From Burkholderiales bacterium (GTDB lineage Bacteria > Pseudomonadota > Gammaproteobacteria > Burkholderiales > SG8-41), in NCBI GenBank assembly GCA_964203275.1, contig CAXNMF010000012.1:46850-110849 (forward strand): a DNA stretch of 64,000 nucleotides. Direction: 5' to 3'. Under the pieces are notes generated by a model. That model was given only the letters and a program-made list of their open reading frames with translations. It was not told the origin of the DNA and ran no database searches. Position 1 is the stretch's first letter; the number at the start of each line of letters is the position of its first letter. The translations under genes and the position numbers were made by a program. Positions 18,857 through 28,951 of this stretch are shown here, piece by piece.

Positions 18857-19777
18857 ATGCTCCAATTCGTTGCCTGGCGCTTGGGACGCGCGATATTGAC
18901 AGTGCTGCTGGTGCTGATCGCCTGCTTCGCGGCGATCCGCATGGCAGGGTCTCCAGTTGACATGTTGTACCCGGACGGGGCGACTCCGGAACAGGTAGAA
19001 CAACTGGAAATCGAATGGGGACTGGACCGCAGTCTGCCGGAACAATTTGGTATTTACATCTCACAGATCGTATCCGGGGAATTCGGTGTCAGTATTGTTG
19101 AGCGTCGCTCAGTGACTGAAATGTACGCCGAAAAGCTGGAACCTACACTGCGACTCGCCGCGCTGGCTTTGGTCATTGGCATCGGAGTTGGTATCCCTTT
19201 GGGCGTGATCGCTGCCCGGAAACGCGGTCGCCCCATGGCTCGACTGGCCATGTCGGTAGCATTTCTTGGCTATGCCGTACCGCACTTCATTATCGCGATC
19301 ATCCTGATCCTGATTTTCGGGTATCACCTGAACTGGCTGCCCACCACTGGTGCCCAGTCAGCAGCACATTACATCCTGCCCGCCATCACACTGGCATTAC
19401 CGCTGATCGCAGCCATCGCCCGCTACATGCGTAGCGCCATGCTTGACGTCATGAATCAGGACTATGTCCGGACTGCACACGCCAAAGGAGTGACTGAACC
19501 GCGCGTGTTATCACTGCACATCATGCGCAATGCAATGCTGCCGCTGATCACCGTTCTGGGACTGGAAGTCGCAGGGCTGATCAATGGCTCATTGATCATC
19601 GAGACCGTGTTTTCATGGCCCGGACTTGGAACAGTACTAACCGGATCGGTGACACGCCGGGATTTTCCGGTACTGCAATTCGGCGTGGTGATTTATGCAG
19701 TTGCAGTCTCCGCCATCAACCTTACTGTGGATATTCTCTACGCAATAGCTGATCCCCGGGTCAAGGTGGAATCATGA
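18857..19777 (+). CDS. ABC transporter permease (DppB-like)
   Basis: 306 aa, multi-TM, with typical N-terminal MLQFVAWRLGRAILTVLLVL and the block YVRTAHAKGVTEPRVLSLHIMRNAMLP. Confidence 0.9.
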   Translation: MLQFVAWRLGRAILTVLLVLIACFAAIRMAGSPVDMLYPDGATPEQVEQLEIEWGLDRSLPEQFGIYISQIVSGEFGVSIVERRSVTEMYAEKLEPTLRLAALALVIGIGVGIPLGVIAARKRGRPMARLAMSVAFLGYAVPHFIIAIILILIFGYHLNWLPTTGAQSAAHYILPAITLALPLIAAIARYMRSAMLDVMNQDYVRTAHAKGVTEPRVLSLHIMRNAMLPLITVLGLEVAGLINGSLIIETVFSWPGLGTVLTGSVTRRDFPVLQFGVVIYAVAVSAINLTVDILYAIADPRVKVES

Positions 19778-20667
19778 ATATCGCAACAGCCTCAGCTCCC
19801 GGCGCCGCCGAATTCGCCATTCGCCGGCGCTTTGCATTCAGTCACATGCCGCCCTCCATCAGAGCATGCATTATTGTCGCTGCGTTGATCGCGGTAGCTG
19901 CGTTGTTTGCGCCGTGGATCGCCCCACACGACCCGGACACCATCAGCTTCATGAACAAGCTGAAACCCCCGTTGCTGATGGAGGGCCATGTTTCACAATA
20001 CCTGCTCGGCACGGACCAGCTTGGGCGCGATTTGCTGTCACGTTGCATCCACGGCATCCGGGTCAGCATCGGCATCGCTGCACTGGGCCTTTTCATCGGC
20101 TGCATGATCGGCACCACTCTGGGCATCGTCAGCGGACTAATGGGAGGGCTGACCGACCGCGTGATCATGATGATGGTCGATGTGTTCATCACCGTGCCCA
20201 ACCTGCTGATCGTGATGGTCGGCGTTGCCGTATTCAGCAACGATACCCTGGTGCTGGTCGCGCTGATCGGAATTGCCCGGTGGGAGTCCTATGCACGCGT
20301 GGTGCGCGGCCAGGTGTTGCAGGTGCGGGAGATGCCATTCATCGAGGCGAGCCGCGCGCTCGGCGCCGGCAATCTCTGGATCTCGCTGCACCACGTATTG
20401 CCCAACATCGCTTCGCCGCTGCTGGTATTGATGACCCTGAATTTTCCTTCGATACTGCTGCTTGAATCCTCATTGTCCTTCCTCGGCCTCGGCGTACAGC
20501 CTCCCACCGCCTCCCTAGGCAGCATGGTTGGCGACGGCCGTGATCACCTGATCTTCGCATGGTGGGTTGCAATCGTACCGGCAGCGGCAATCGTCGTGAT
20601 TACTTTTGTCGTGCAGACGCTGGGAGACTGGTTGCGAGACGTATTGGATGTGCGCATCGATGACTGA
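19774..20667 (+). CDS. ABC transporter permease (DppC-like)
   Basis: 297 aa with LLGTDQLGRDLLSRCIHG, FIEASRALGAGNLWISLHHVLPN and C-terminal GDWLRDVLDVR. ATGA overlap with the upstream gene. Confidence 0.9.
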   Translation: MNIATASAPGAAEFAIRRRFAFSHMPPSIRACIIVAALIAVAALFAPWIAPHDPDTISFMNKLKPPLLMEGHVSQYLLGTDQLGRDLLSRCIHGIRVSIGIAALGLFIGCMIGTTLGIVSGLMGGLTDRVIMMMVDVFITVPNLLIVMVGVAVFSNDTLVLVALIGIARWESYARVVRGQVLQVREMPFIEASRALGAGNLWISLHHVLPNIASPLLVLMTLNFPSILLLESSLSFLGLGVQPPTASLGSMVGDGRDHLIFAWWVAIVPAAAIVVITFVVQTLGDWLRDVLDVRIDD

Positions 20668-21661
20668 ACGCAATCTGCTTGAGGTAAGCAACCTGCGGGT
20701 GCGCCTCAGTACCGGAGAAGGTGTGATTGACGCAGTGCGCGGCATTTCGTTTGTTGTACGCCACGGCGAAACTCTTGCTCTTGTCGGCGAATCAGGCGCC
20801 GGTAAATCGGTCACTTCTCTGGCGATCATGCGTCTGCTGCACACAGAAAGCCAGTCGCACCCGGTTGAAGTCGAAGGGGAAATACTGTTCCGCAATGGCC
20901 ATTCACCGGATGTCGATCTGCTAGGCCTCGAGCCCGTCAAGATGCGCAGCATGCGGGGGCGCGCCCTGTCGATGATCTTCCAGGAGCCGATGACTTCGCT
21001 CAATCCGGTTATGCGGGTGGGTGACCAGGTCGTTGAAGCAGTCCGTGCACACGAAAAAGTCAGCAAAACTGCAGCACGAGCCCGCGCAGTGGAAATGTTG
21101 CGCCTGGTCGGGATTCCCGATCCGGCATCCCGGACACGAGCCTTCCCCCACGAACTCTCGGGAGGCATGCGTCAGCGCATAATGATCGCAATGGCACTGG
21201 CCTGCAGGCCGCAACTGCTGATTGCTGACGAACCGACCACAGCCCTGGATGTCACGGTGCAGGCACAGGTTCTCGACTTGATCCGCGGCCTTCAGCGCGA
21301 ATTCGCAATGGCTGTGTTGTTCATCACCCATGATCTCGGTGTGGTTGCCCAGATGGCCGATCGGGTGGCGGTGATGTATGCAGGACGTATCGTGGAAGAA
21401 GCTCCCGTGGATTTGCTGTTCTCCGATCCGCAGCACCCTTACACCCGCGGCCTGCTGGCCTCAATCCCGGATGCCGGTAAAGCTGGCTGCGCGGTACAGC
21501 CGATTCCGGGCACGATTCCAGGGTTGGCCAGTCTGCCTTCAGGCTGTTCCTTTCATCCGCGCTGCTCCGCCGCCTTGGCATCGCAATGTGACCGGGAGAT
21601 GCCGCCCGCCTTCACCGCAACGGCGATGCGCAGCGTACGTTGCTGGCTGCACGCGCCATGA
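20660..21661 (+). CDS. ABC transporter ATP-binding protein (DppD-like)
   Basis: Starts MTERNLLEVSNLRVRL. Walker A GESGAGKS, signature LSGGMRQR, Walker B LLIADEPTTALD. Confidence 0.9.
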   Translation: MTERNLLEVSNLRVRLSTGEGVIDAVRGISFVVRHGETLALVGESGAGKSVTSLAIMRLLHTESQSHPVEVEGEILFRNGHSPDVDLLGLEPVKMRSMRGRALSMIFQEPMTSLNPVMRVGDQVVEAVRAHEKVSKTAARARAVEMLRLVGIPDPASRTRAFPHELSGGMRQRIMIAMALACRPQLLIADEPTTALDVTVQAQVLDLIRGLQREFAMAVLFITHDLGVVAQMADRVAVMYAGRIVEEAPVDLLFSDPQHPYTRGLLASIPDAGKAGCAVQPIPGTIPGLASLPSGCSFHPRCSAALASQCDREMPPAFTATAMRSVRCWLHAP

Positions 21662-22632
21662 ATGCCCCCGATCTGCTGAACGCCGAGTCCCTGAGTGTCT
21701 CCTTCGAGCATGGACGCGGGCTCTGGCGCCGTCAGAGGCTGCAGGCCGTGCGAAACGTCGATCTGGCGATCCGCGAAGGCGAAGTTCTGGCACTGGTGGG
21801 GGAATCAGGCTCCGGAAAGACTACGCTCGGACGCGCGCTGCTGCGCCTGATTGAAGCCGATGCCGGACGAATCCGGTTTGCCGGTACCGATATCAGCCGT
21901 TTGTCCCCGCAATCGCTGCGTCCACTGCGACGGAACATGCAGATGATTTTCCAGGATCCTTTTGCGTCGCTTGATCCGCGCATGACCGTCGGCAACATCA
22001 TTGCAGAAGGCCTGAAAGTACATCGTATCGGTGATCGCGATAATCGCATCGCCCGCGTCGCCGAGTTGCTAATCCAGGTGGGACTTGAGCCAGTCCATGC
22101 TTGGCGTTATCCACATGCACTTTCAGGCGGCCAGCGCCAGCGCGTCGGCATCGCACGCGCTCTAGCAGTAAATCCACGCTTTATCGTCGCCGACGAGCCG
22201 GTATCCTCACTTGATGTTTCGGTTCAGGCGCAGATCATCAGCCTCCTGATGGAATTGAAGTCACATCTCGGTTTGACGATACTGTTCATCACGCACAACC
22301 TTGGAGTCGTGCGAATGATTGCGGATCGTGTCGCCGTGATGTATCTGGGCCGCATCATCGAACTGGCGGATACTGAGACGATATACACCTCACCGCGACA
22401 TCCTTACACACGCACTCTGCTCAGTGCGGTGCCCCAACCAGATCCCCGCGCCCGCAAACCTTTTGCCATCCAGCCTGGTGAACCTCCGAGCCCCGCTGCC
22501 CCGCCATCAGGTTGTGGATTTCGCACCCGTTGCCTGTTTGCCCGGGCAGCATGCGCTGCGCAGATGCCTGTGCTGGCCACACTGCACGAAGGTCATGAAG
22601 TCGCTTGCCTGCGCTCGCAGGAATTATATTAA
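21658..22632 (+). CDS. ABC transporter ATP-binding protein (DppF-like)
   Basis: Starts MNAPDLLNAESLSVSF. Walker A GESGSGKTT, signature LSGGQRQR, Walker B FIVADEPVSSLD. ATGA overlap with the upstream gene. Confidence 0.9.
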   Translation: MNAPDLLNAESLSVSFEHGRGLWRRQRLQAVRNVDLAIREGEVLALVGESGSGKTTLGRALLRLIEADAGRIRFAGTDISRLSPQSLRPLRRNMQMIFQDPFASLDPRMTVGNIIAEGLKVHRIGDRDNRIARVAELLIQVGLEPVHAWRYPHALSGGQRQRVGIARALAVNPRFIVADEPVSSLDVSVQAQIISLLMELKSHLGLTILFITHNLGVVRMIADRVAVMYLGRIIELADTETIYTSPRHPYTRTLLSAVPQPDPRARKPFAIQPGEPPSPAAPPSGCGFRTRCLFARAACAAQMPVLATLHEGHEVACLRSQELY

Positions 22633-22657
22633 CCTATTGTTTTATATGGACAATTAA

Positions 22658-24190
22658 ATGTCTTCGCAACCGATGAATATACTGATGATCGTAGTCGACC
22701 AGTGGCGCGCCGATACGCTGGGCTTTCTCGGTCACCCCTGCGTGCGCACGCCAAACATCAACCGTCTGGCGGCCGAGGGCGTGACATTTACCCAGCACTA
22801 TGCCCAAAGCTCACCCTGCGGGCCGAGTCGCGCTTCCTTGCTTACCGGCCAGTATCTGATGAACCACCGCGTAATCACCAATAACACCCCGACATCACGT
22901 CACCTGAAAACGCTGCCCTGGTTCATGCGCGAGTCCGGCTACGAGCCGGCGCTGGTCGGTTACACCACGACGGTGCCGGATCCGCGCACCACCGACGCAA
23001 ATGATCCGCGCTTCCGCACCAACACCATTGCCGACGGTTGGAACATCGTGCGCGACTTTGAGGGTGAACGCGAGCACTACCTCGCCTACCTGTCGGGACT
23101 GGGTTACGCCATCCCAGCCAAGTATGAGGAACTTTTTCACCCTGCTCCGGGCAGTGATGAGTCACTGCGCCTGGCGGCCTCCCCCATTCGTGCCGAACAC
23201 TCCGAAACGGCCTGGTCTGTGGACGGCGCGCTTGATTACATCCGCATACGCGATGATGAACCCTGGTTCATGCACTTGGGTACCTTTCGCCCGCATCCGC
23301 CGTTCATGGCACCGGCACCTTTCCACGAAATGTACGATCCGCAAAAAGTGCCCCGACCGATACAGGCAGAAACGCTTGCTGCGGAAAAAAAAGTGCACCC
23401 ACTGACGCACCTTCTGCTGGACACCATCAAAGCCAAAAGCGGAGTGCAATACATGGAAGGACTTGCAGCTGACGTCAGCATTGAAGACTGGTGCAGGATG
23501 CGCGCCGCCTACTACGGACTCTGCAGCGAGGTGGATCACCACCTGGGTCGTGTGTTCCAGCTGCTGCGCGACACCGGCCAGGATGAACGCACGCTGATCA
23601 TCTTGACTTCCGACCACGGCGAGCAACTCGGCGATCATCATCTTGTCAACAAACGCGGCTACTTCCCGCAGTCTTATCACATTCCCTGCATCGTACGCGA
23701 CCCGCGACCGCAGGCTGCGGCCACGCGAGGTCGAAGAATTGGCGCCTACACAGAAAACATCGACGTACTGCCGACCATCTTCGAATGGCTGGGCCGGGAG
23801 CAGCCCCACCAGTTCGACGGCCGGTCACTGCTGCCTTTTGTTCATGGCGACAAGCCCGAGGAATGGCGCCGTGAAGTGCACTGGGAATATGACTTCCGCG
23901 ACATGGCCGGCGGCGAAGCAGCTGCCAGACTCGGCATCGACCCGGATGCGACCAGCCTTGCCGTAATCCGTGATGAATCTTTCGCCTACGTACATTGCGC
24001 CGAACTGCCGCCGCTGCTGTTCGATCAATCAAAAGATCCGCACTGGCTGCACAATGTCGCCGATGACGATGCCTATGCCGGAACTGCGCTGCAGTATGCA
24101 AGGCGCATGCTCGACTGGAGGCTGCGCAACGCGGACCGTACGCTGACCGGACTGTCGATCAGCAAAAATGGTCTGATTGGCCGTCATTGA
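22658..24190 (+). CDS. sulfatase-family enzyme resembling phosphonate monoester hydrolase (PMH/PehA group), cytoplasmic
   Basis: 510 aa. MNILMIVVDQWRADTLG, the formylglycine motif SSPCGPSRASLLTGQY, TSDHGEQLGDHHL, LLPF..G and C-terminal WRLRNADRTLT are collinear with the Rhizobium/Burkholderia PMH sequences as I remember them. No signal peptide. Confidence 0.8.
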   Translation: MSSQPMNILMIVVDQWRADTLGFLGHPCVRTPNINRLAAEGVTFTQHYAQSSPCGPSRASLLTGQYLMNHRVITNNTPTSRHLKTLPWFMRESGYEPALVGYTTTVPDPRTTDANDPRFRTNTIADGWNIVRDFEGEREHYLAYLSGLGYAIPAKYEELFHPAPGSDESLRLAASPIRAEHSETAWSVDGALDYIRIRDDEPWFMHLGTFRPHPPFMAPAPFHEMYDPQKVPRPIQAETLAAEKKVHPLTHLLLDTIKAKSGVQYMEGLAADVSIEDWCRMRAAYYGLCSEVDHHLGRVFQLLRDTGQDERTLIILTSDHGEQLGDHHLVNKRGYFPQSYHIPCIVRDPRPQAAATRGRRIGAYTENIDVLPTIFEWLGREQPHQFDGRSLLPFVHGDKPEEWRREVHWEYDFRDMAGGEAAARLGIDPDATSLAVIRDESFAYVHCAELPPLLFDQSKDPHWLHNVADDDAYAGTALQYARRMLDWRLRNADRTLTGLSISKNGLIGRH

Positions 24191-24209
24191 CAGTTAAAAC
24201 GGGACAACC

Positions 24210-25808
24210 ATGAAACTTGGCACCCTGACCACCATTGTCACGCTGCTTATAGCCACGCCGGCGACCGCTCAACTTCTTGCCAGTGGCGACATCACTGAAA
24301 CATCAGCCGTACTGTGGATGCGGGGGGATACTCCCGGCAACTATCGTTTTGAAGTGTCGATTGATGCAGGATTCGCAAACATTGCCGTACAAGCCAGAAT
24401 CCAGACTACCGCCGGTCAGGACCATACAGGCCAGACTGAAATCACCGGGTTGTCACCGGCAACACGTTATCACTATCGAGTCCGCAATAACAACGGAACA
24501 CTTTCACGAACCGGCATATTCACCACGGCACCACTTCCACGCTCGGCAAGCACGCTGACGCTGCTGTTTGGCGCCGACCTTGGTGGCCAAGGTTACGGCC
24601 GTCTGCGGCCTGGCAGCGGCCTGCCGGTTGACGGCTGGCCGATTTTCAAACCGATGGCAGAAGAAAACGCTGACTTGTTTCTGGCGCTGGGTGACATGAT
24701 CTACTCCGACCGTCCGATTTCCAGCGAGGCACCGGATTTCCCTAAAGGCAACGACTACCAAATACCCAAACCTGGCCCCGGTTACGTCACCAGCGCAGAC
24801 GATTTCAGACGAGACTGGCACTATCATCGCAGCGACCATCGTTATGCGAATTTCCTGGAGCGCACACCGATCATCGCCACCTGGGATGATCATGAAATCG
24901 TCAATGACAGCGGCGGACCGGAACTGACTCGCGGCCCCTCAACAGAAGAACTCGCACGCGACTCAAGGCTTAAACAGGGTGATCCGTCACGCCCTCGCGG
25001 CGAGTTCATGCCTTGGAGTACAACAAAAAGCGCCGAAGGACGACGTCGTTCAGTATTTTTCAATCCGGATTTGTTTCGTAACGGACGCCAGGTCATGCTG
25101 GAATACAACCCGATCCGGATTCTGCCTGACCCTTCTGGGACGCATGAGCGCAGGCTTTATCGCAGCATCCGCTGGGGAGCGCACGCTGAAATCATCATGC
25201 TGGATACCCGCAGCTACCGCGATCCACGCTACCGGGTCGACAGCATCAATCTTCCGAAAACCATGCTTGGCACAGAACAGAAGCGATGGCTGCTGGAACG
25301 GCTTGAAAAATCAGATGCCACCTGGAAAATCATCGTCAGTTCAGTCCCGCTGTCAATCGAAGGTGGCAATGAGCGTGATCCTCAAGGGCACTGGTACCGC
25401 GACGGCTGGGCTGCGGTGCAAGCGGACAATCCTTACGGTTATGCCCGCGAACTTGCCGAGATTGTTGGCCACATCAAGAATCGCAACACAAAAAACGTGT
25501 TGTTCATCACTGGAGACAAACACTTCTCCAATCTGTTTGCCTACGACGTTGATCGCGACGGCAAGCCCGATTTCCATGAGGCCAATATCGGACCACTACG
25601 CGCCGGTGCAGCCTCGGGCAAGGCACTGATCGACCAGTCCCTCAATCCTCAACAACTGGCGACCTATGCCGGACGTGATCGCTTTGCCTACGGACGCCTG
25701 CAAATCGATCACTCCGGCCGGCTTGCCGTGGAAATCAGGGACGTTGAAGGCCGCACGGTGCCAGGCGGCCTGCTTCGACTGGACCCGGTCAGACCGGATC
25801 CCAGCTGA
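24210..25808 (+). CDS. phoD: PhoD-family alkaline phosphatase/phosphodiesterase, secreted
   Basis: 532 aa with signal peptide MKLGTLTTIVTLLIATPATAQ. PhoD N-terminal domain (ETSAVLWMR, YHYRV) and metallophosphatase motifs LGDMIYSD, WDDHEIVND, FITGDKHFS. Confidence 0.85.
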   Translation: MKLGTLTTIVTLLIATPATAQLLASGDITETSAVLWMRGDTPGNYRFEVSIDAGFANIAVQARIQTTAGQDHTGQTEITGLSPATRYHYRVRNNNGTLSRTGIFTTAPLPRSASTLTLLFGADLGGQGYGRLRPGSGLPVDGWPIFKPMAEENADLFLALGDMIYSDRPISSEAPDFPKGNDYQIPKPGPGYVTSADDFRRDWHYHRSDHRYANFLERTPIIATWDDHEIVNDSGGPELTRGPSTEELARDSRLKQGDPSRPRGEFMPWSTTKSAEGRRRSVFFNPDLFRNGRQVMLEYNPIRILPDPSGTHERRLYRSIRWGAHAEIIMLDTRSYRDPRYRVDSINLPKTMLGTEQKRWLLERLEKSDATWKIIVSSVPLSIEGGNERDPQGHWYRDGWAAVQADNPYGYARELAEIVGHIKNRNTKNVLFITGDKHFSNLFAYDVDRDGKPDFHEANIGPLRAGAASGKALIDQSLNPQQLATYAGRDRFAYGRLQIDHSGRLAVEIRDVEGRTVPGGLLRLDPVRPDPS

Positions 25809-26706
25809 ACACATCCTGATTACGCTCCAGCGGATAAAAATCCGGCTTGAACGCGGGCAATACCTGCTCGGCAATGGCCCGGGGCGTCCAGCCTTCGCTG
25901 CGCTGCATGCCGCGGATCGGCCGCGACTGGCTCATCAGGAAAATCTCGTTCATGCGCGTGTAGAAGATCTGGCCATTGACGTCCTTTGCCGCATCGCTGG
26001 CCAGAAACACGGCCAGCGGCGCATTCTTGTCCGGCGTGACCAGCTGGCGCTGCGCCACACGCGCCGCCTTGTCTGGCGTATTGGAAGGAATGGAACCCGT
26101 CATGCGGGTCCAGGCCGAAGGGGCGATGCAATTGGAGCGCACGTTGAAACGCTGCATGTCGAGTGCGATGTGTTTGGACAGCATCACCATGCTCGCCTTG
26201 GCTGCGCCGTAGTTGGCCTGACCGACGTTGCCGGCAAGGCCGGAATTGGAAATCATATGCACAAAACTGCCGCCGTTCTGGTTGCGGAAATGCGTCGCTG
26301 CGGCGCGGCTCATGTTGAAGGCACCGTAACCGATCACCTTCATCACAGAATCCCAGTCGTCAAACGTCATCTTGTGGAAAATCACGTCGCGCAGGATCCC
26401 GGCATTGTTGACCACGCAATCGACGCGACCGAAGGTATCAACCGCCTTCTGCACGATGCGTCCGGCCGCATCAAAATCAGCGACGCTGTCGTAACTGGCC
26501 ACCGCTTCTCCGCCGCTCTTCTTGATCAGTTGCACCACCTCTTCTGCCGGCGTCTGATCCGTGCCCTCGCCGGCAAGCGAAGTGCCGATGTCGTTAACGA
26601 CAACTTTTGCGCCCTCCTTCGCCATCATCAGCGCAATCTCTCGACCGATACCTCGTCCTGCCCCCGTCACCACGACTACTTTGCCTGCAACAATGCCTTC
26701 ACTCAT
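25789..26706 (-). CDS. SDR-family oxidoreductase (MFE-2/hydroxyacyl-CoA dehydrogenase-like)
   Basis: 305 aa with TGAGRGIG, NNAG and catalytic YGAAK. It converges on phoD with a 20 nt overlap. Confidence 0.9.
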   Translation of the reverse strand: MSEGIVAGKVVVVTGAGRGIGREIALMMAKEGAKVVVNDIGTSLAGEGTDQTPAEEVVQLIKKSGGEAVASYDSVADFDAAGRIVQKAVDTFGRVDCVVNNAGILRDVIFHKMTFDDWDSVMKVIGYGAFNMSRAAATHFRNQNGGSFVHMISNSGLAGNVGQANYGAAKASMVMLSKHIALDMQRFNVRSNCIAPSAWTRMTGSIPSNTPDKAARVAQRQLVTPDKNAPLAVFLASDAAKDVNGQIFYTRMNEIFLMSQSRPIRGMQRSEGWTPRAIAEQVLPAFKPDFYPLERNQDVFSWDPV

Positions 26707-26752
26707 GGACCTGCTCCTTGTTCAGGAATGATGCTGTATCGCGCCTCAAACG

Positions 26753-26778
26753 AAAAGCCCGCGCGACGCGGGCTTTTT
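26753..26778. terminator. bidirectional rho-independent terminator-like hairpin
   Basis: AAAA-GCCCGCG-cga-CGCGGGC-TTTTT, immediately downstream of the minus-strand Bug gene (stop 26796). Confidence 0.6.
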
Positions 26779-26795
26779 GTACGCTGCTTTTCTGA

Positions 26796-27785
26796 TCAAT
26801 GCAGCTTCAGGTTCGCAGCCTTGGCCAGCGCGCGCCACTTGTTAACTTCCGACTTGATGTGCGCGCTGAACTGCTCCGGTGTCGATCCCACCGGTGTCGA
26901 TCCATCAGACGCCAGGCGTTTGGTTACGGCGGGATCCTTCAAAGCCACCACGATGCCATCGCGAATCTTGTTGATGATCGGCTTCGGAATCTTTGCGCTG
27001 CCGATGATGCCGTACCACTGGTCCACTTCGTAACCGGGCACGCCCGCTTCATCGACGGTGGGGATGTCAGGCACTGCAGGAGAACGCTTCTTGGCGGTGA
27101 TCGCCAGCACGCGCAGCCGGCCGCTCTGCATGTGCGGCCGGACACCGAACAGCGTGCCGAACCCGACCTGTACTTCACCGGCGAGGTTGGCGACGATGCC
27201 CGCAGCCGAACCCTTGAACGGAACGTGGATCATCTTGACCTTGGCCAGATGGTCGAACATCTCGCCGGCGAAATGCTGCAGGCCGCCGGTACCGGAGGAA
27301 CTGTAGTTCAGCTTGCCCGGGTTGGCCTTGGCATAGGCAATCAGTTCCTTGATCGATTTCGCCGGCACCTTCTCATTGACATAGACGGCGTAGAACAGCG
27401 AAGTCGCCTGGGAGATGCCCTGCAGATCCTTGGTCAGGTCATAGGGCAGGTTGGGATTGGTCGCCGAGTTGACGCTGTGCGAAGCGGAAATCAGGCAAAT
27501 CGTGTAACCGTCGGGAGTGGCTTCGTTGGCGATGCTCACGCCGATCGCACCGGCGGCGCCGGTGCGGTTGTCGACGACGACCTGCTGGTTCCACTGGTCG
27601 CTGAGGTGTTTGGCCAGCATGCGCGCCGTGGTGTCGGTGCCGGCACCCGGCGTGAACGGTGCGATCAGCCGTACCGGCTTGTTCGGATAATCCTTGGCTG
27701 CGTCGGCAGCCTGGCCGGTAATGGCGGTCGCCGCGAGCACGGCGACGGTGATCGCGCCGGCGGCGCGTTTGAAGTTCAGCAACAT
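26796..27785 (-). CDS. Bug/TctC-family substrate-binding protein
   Basis: Start at ATG 27785 (MLLNFKRAAGAITVAVLAATAITGQA), preceded by GAGGAGAA. YPNKPVRLIAPFTPGAGTD plus Bug blocks. Confidence 0.9.
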   Translation of the reverse strand: MLLNFKRAAGAITVAVLAATAITGQAADAAKDYPNKPVRLIAPFTPGAGTDTTARMLAKHLSDQWNQQVVVDNRTGAAGAIGVSIANEATPDGYTICLISASHSVNSATNPNLPYDLTKDLQGISQATSLFYAVYVNEKVPAKSIKELIAYAKANPGKLNYSSSGTGGLQHFAGEMFDHLAKVKMIHVPFKGSAAGIVANLAGEVQVGFGTLFGVRPHMQSGRLRVLAITAKKRSPAVPDIPTVDEAGVPGYEVDQWYGIIGSAKIPKPIINKIRDGIVVALKDPAVTKRLASDGSTPVGSTPEQFSAHIKSEVNKWRALAKAANLKLH

Positions 27786-27931
27786 GGTGTTTCTCCTCTG
27801 TAAAAAATGGTTTTCCGCTGTATATGGGCGGGCAATCAAACCGCAGCGCGCCTGTACCGCCATGCGGCCTGCCATAGCACCACCGTACGCGCATCGATGA
27901 TTTAATTTAAATAACTGATTTAATTGATATT

Positions 27932-28780
27932 TTAACCCATCGCTGCCTTGGCCTCACGAATCCATGCAGCCACTGTTGCGGCATTCTGCCCCGGCGGCAT
28001 CAGCGGCGACATCCGTGCATCGGGCAGCAGTTCGCGCAGGGCATGTGCGGAAGAACAGGAATGCGAAGCATCGTCGCCGGGCATGATGAACGCCGGTACA
28101 TTCATCGCCAGCAGTTCTTCAGCATTCGCACCCGAAGGCATGGTGTCGCTGAACAGGTTGTCGCGCGACTGCGCAACCAGCGCACGGTAGGCTTCAACAT
28201 CCTGCTTGAGGTAGCGGTCGGCAAACGCGGCATCGTATTTGATCGGTGCCGACCACGGACCGGCTTCGGGATCGTTCCAGAACAGTCCGGACTGCTTGGC
28301 ACGGGCCGCAACACCCGCGAAACCGTGCTCACCCAGATAAGCAAGATGTTTGTCGAAGTTGCTGCGCGCTTTAACCATCCAGCGATAACCGCCTACCGGC
28401 CAGTGCAACAGCAGGCCGCGCACACGCTGGGGATAATGCACGCCGATGGCCAACGCAACAGATACGCCCATGCAACCGCCGACGATGAAAGCCTTGTCGA
28501 TGTTGAGATGGTCGAGCAGCGCGACGGCATGGCGCGCGTAAGCCGCCCAACTCAGCGCTTCGATGCGACCTCCGGATTCGCCAGCTTCGCGGCGATCATA
28601 GGCGATCATCATGAAATCCTTGCGCAAGGTGTCGAGCGGCTGCATGTCCTTCCACACGCCGTTCAGTCGCCAGCGGGAAATGGATGAATCAAAACCCGCG
28701 GGCGCCAGCATCAGCAGGGGCGGCCCCTCGCCTGCGATTTCATACTGGGTGCGAATACCATCAATTTCGGCAAAAGCCAT
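27932..28780 (-). CDS. alpha/beta-fold hydrolase with Cys at the nucleophile elbow (GGCMG)
   Basis: Starts MAFAEIDGIRTQYEIAGEGPPLLMLAPAGF. The nucleophile-elbow position reads IVGGCMGVS instead of GxSxG. Confidence 0.75.
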   Translation of the reverse strand: MAFAEIDGIRTQYEIAGEGPPLLMLAPAGFDSSISRWRLNGVWKDMQPLDTLRKDFMMIAYDRREAGESGGRIEALSWAAYARHAVALLDHLNIDKAFIVGGCMGVSVALAIGVHYPQRVRGLLLHWPVGGYRWMVKARSNFDKHLAYLGEHGFAGVAARAKQSGLFWNDPEAGPWSAPIKYDAAFADRYLKQDVEAYRALVAQSRDNLFSDTMPSGANAEELLAMNVPAFIMPGDDASHSCSSAHALRELLPDARMSPLMPPGQNAATVAAWIREAKAAMG

Positions 28781-28951
28781 GCAAACTCTCCACCAATCAA
28801 GACGCATATTTTACTGCGACAGCACATCATGGATGACTTCCTTTGCGATCATGTGGACTCACAGGCATTACCGCAATCCGGATTACTAACTCCGGCAGCA
28901 GCAGGCAAGCCGTATACTTTTGCGCATCTTCCCGGATTAAAAGGCCACATC

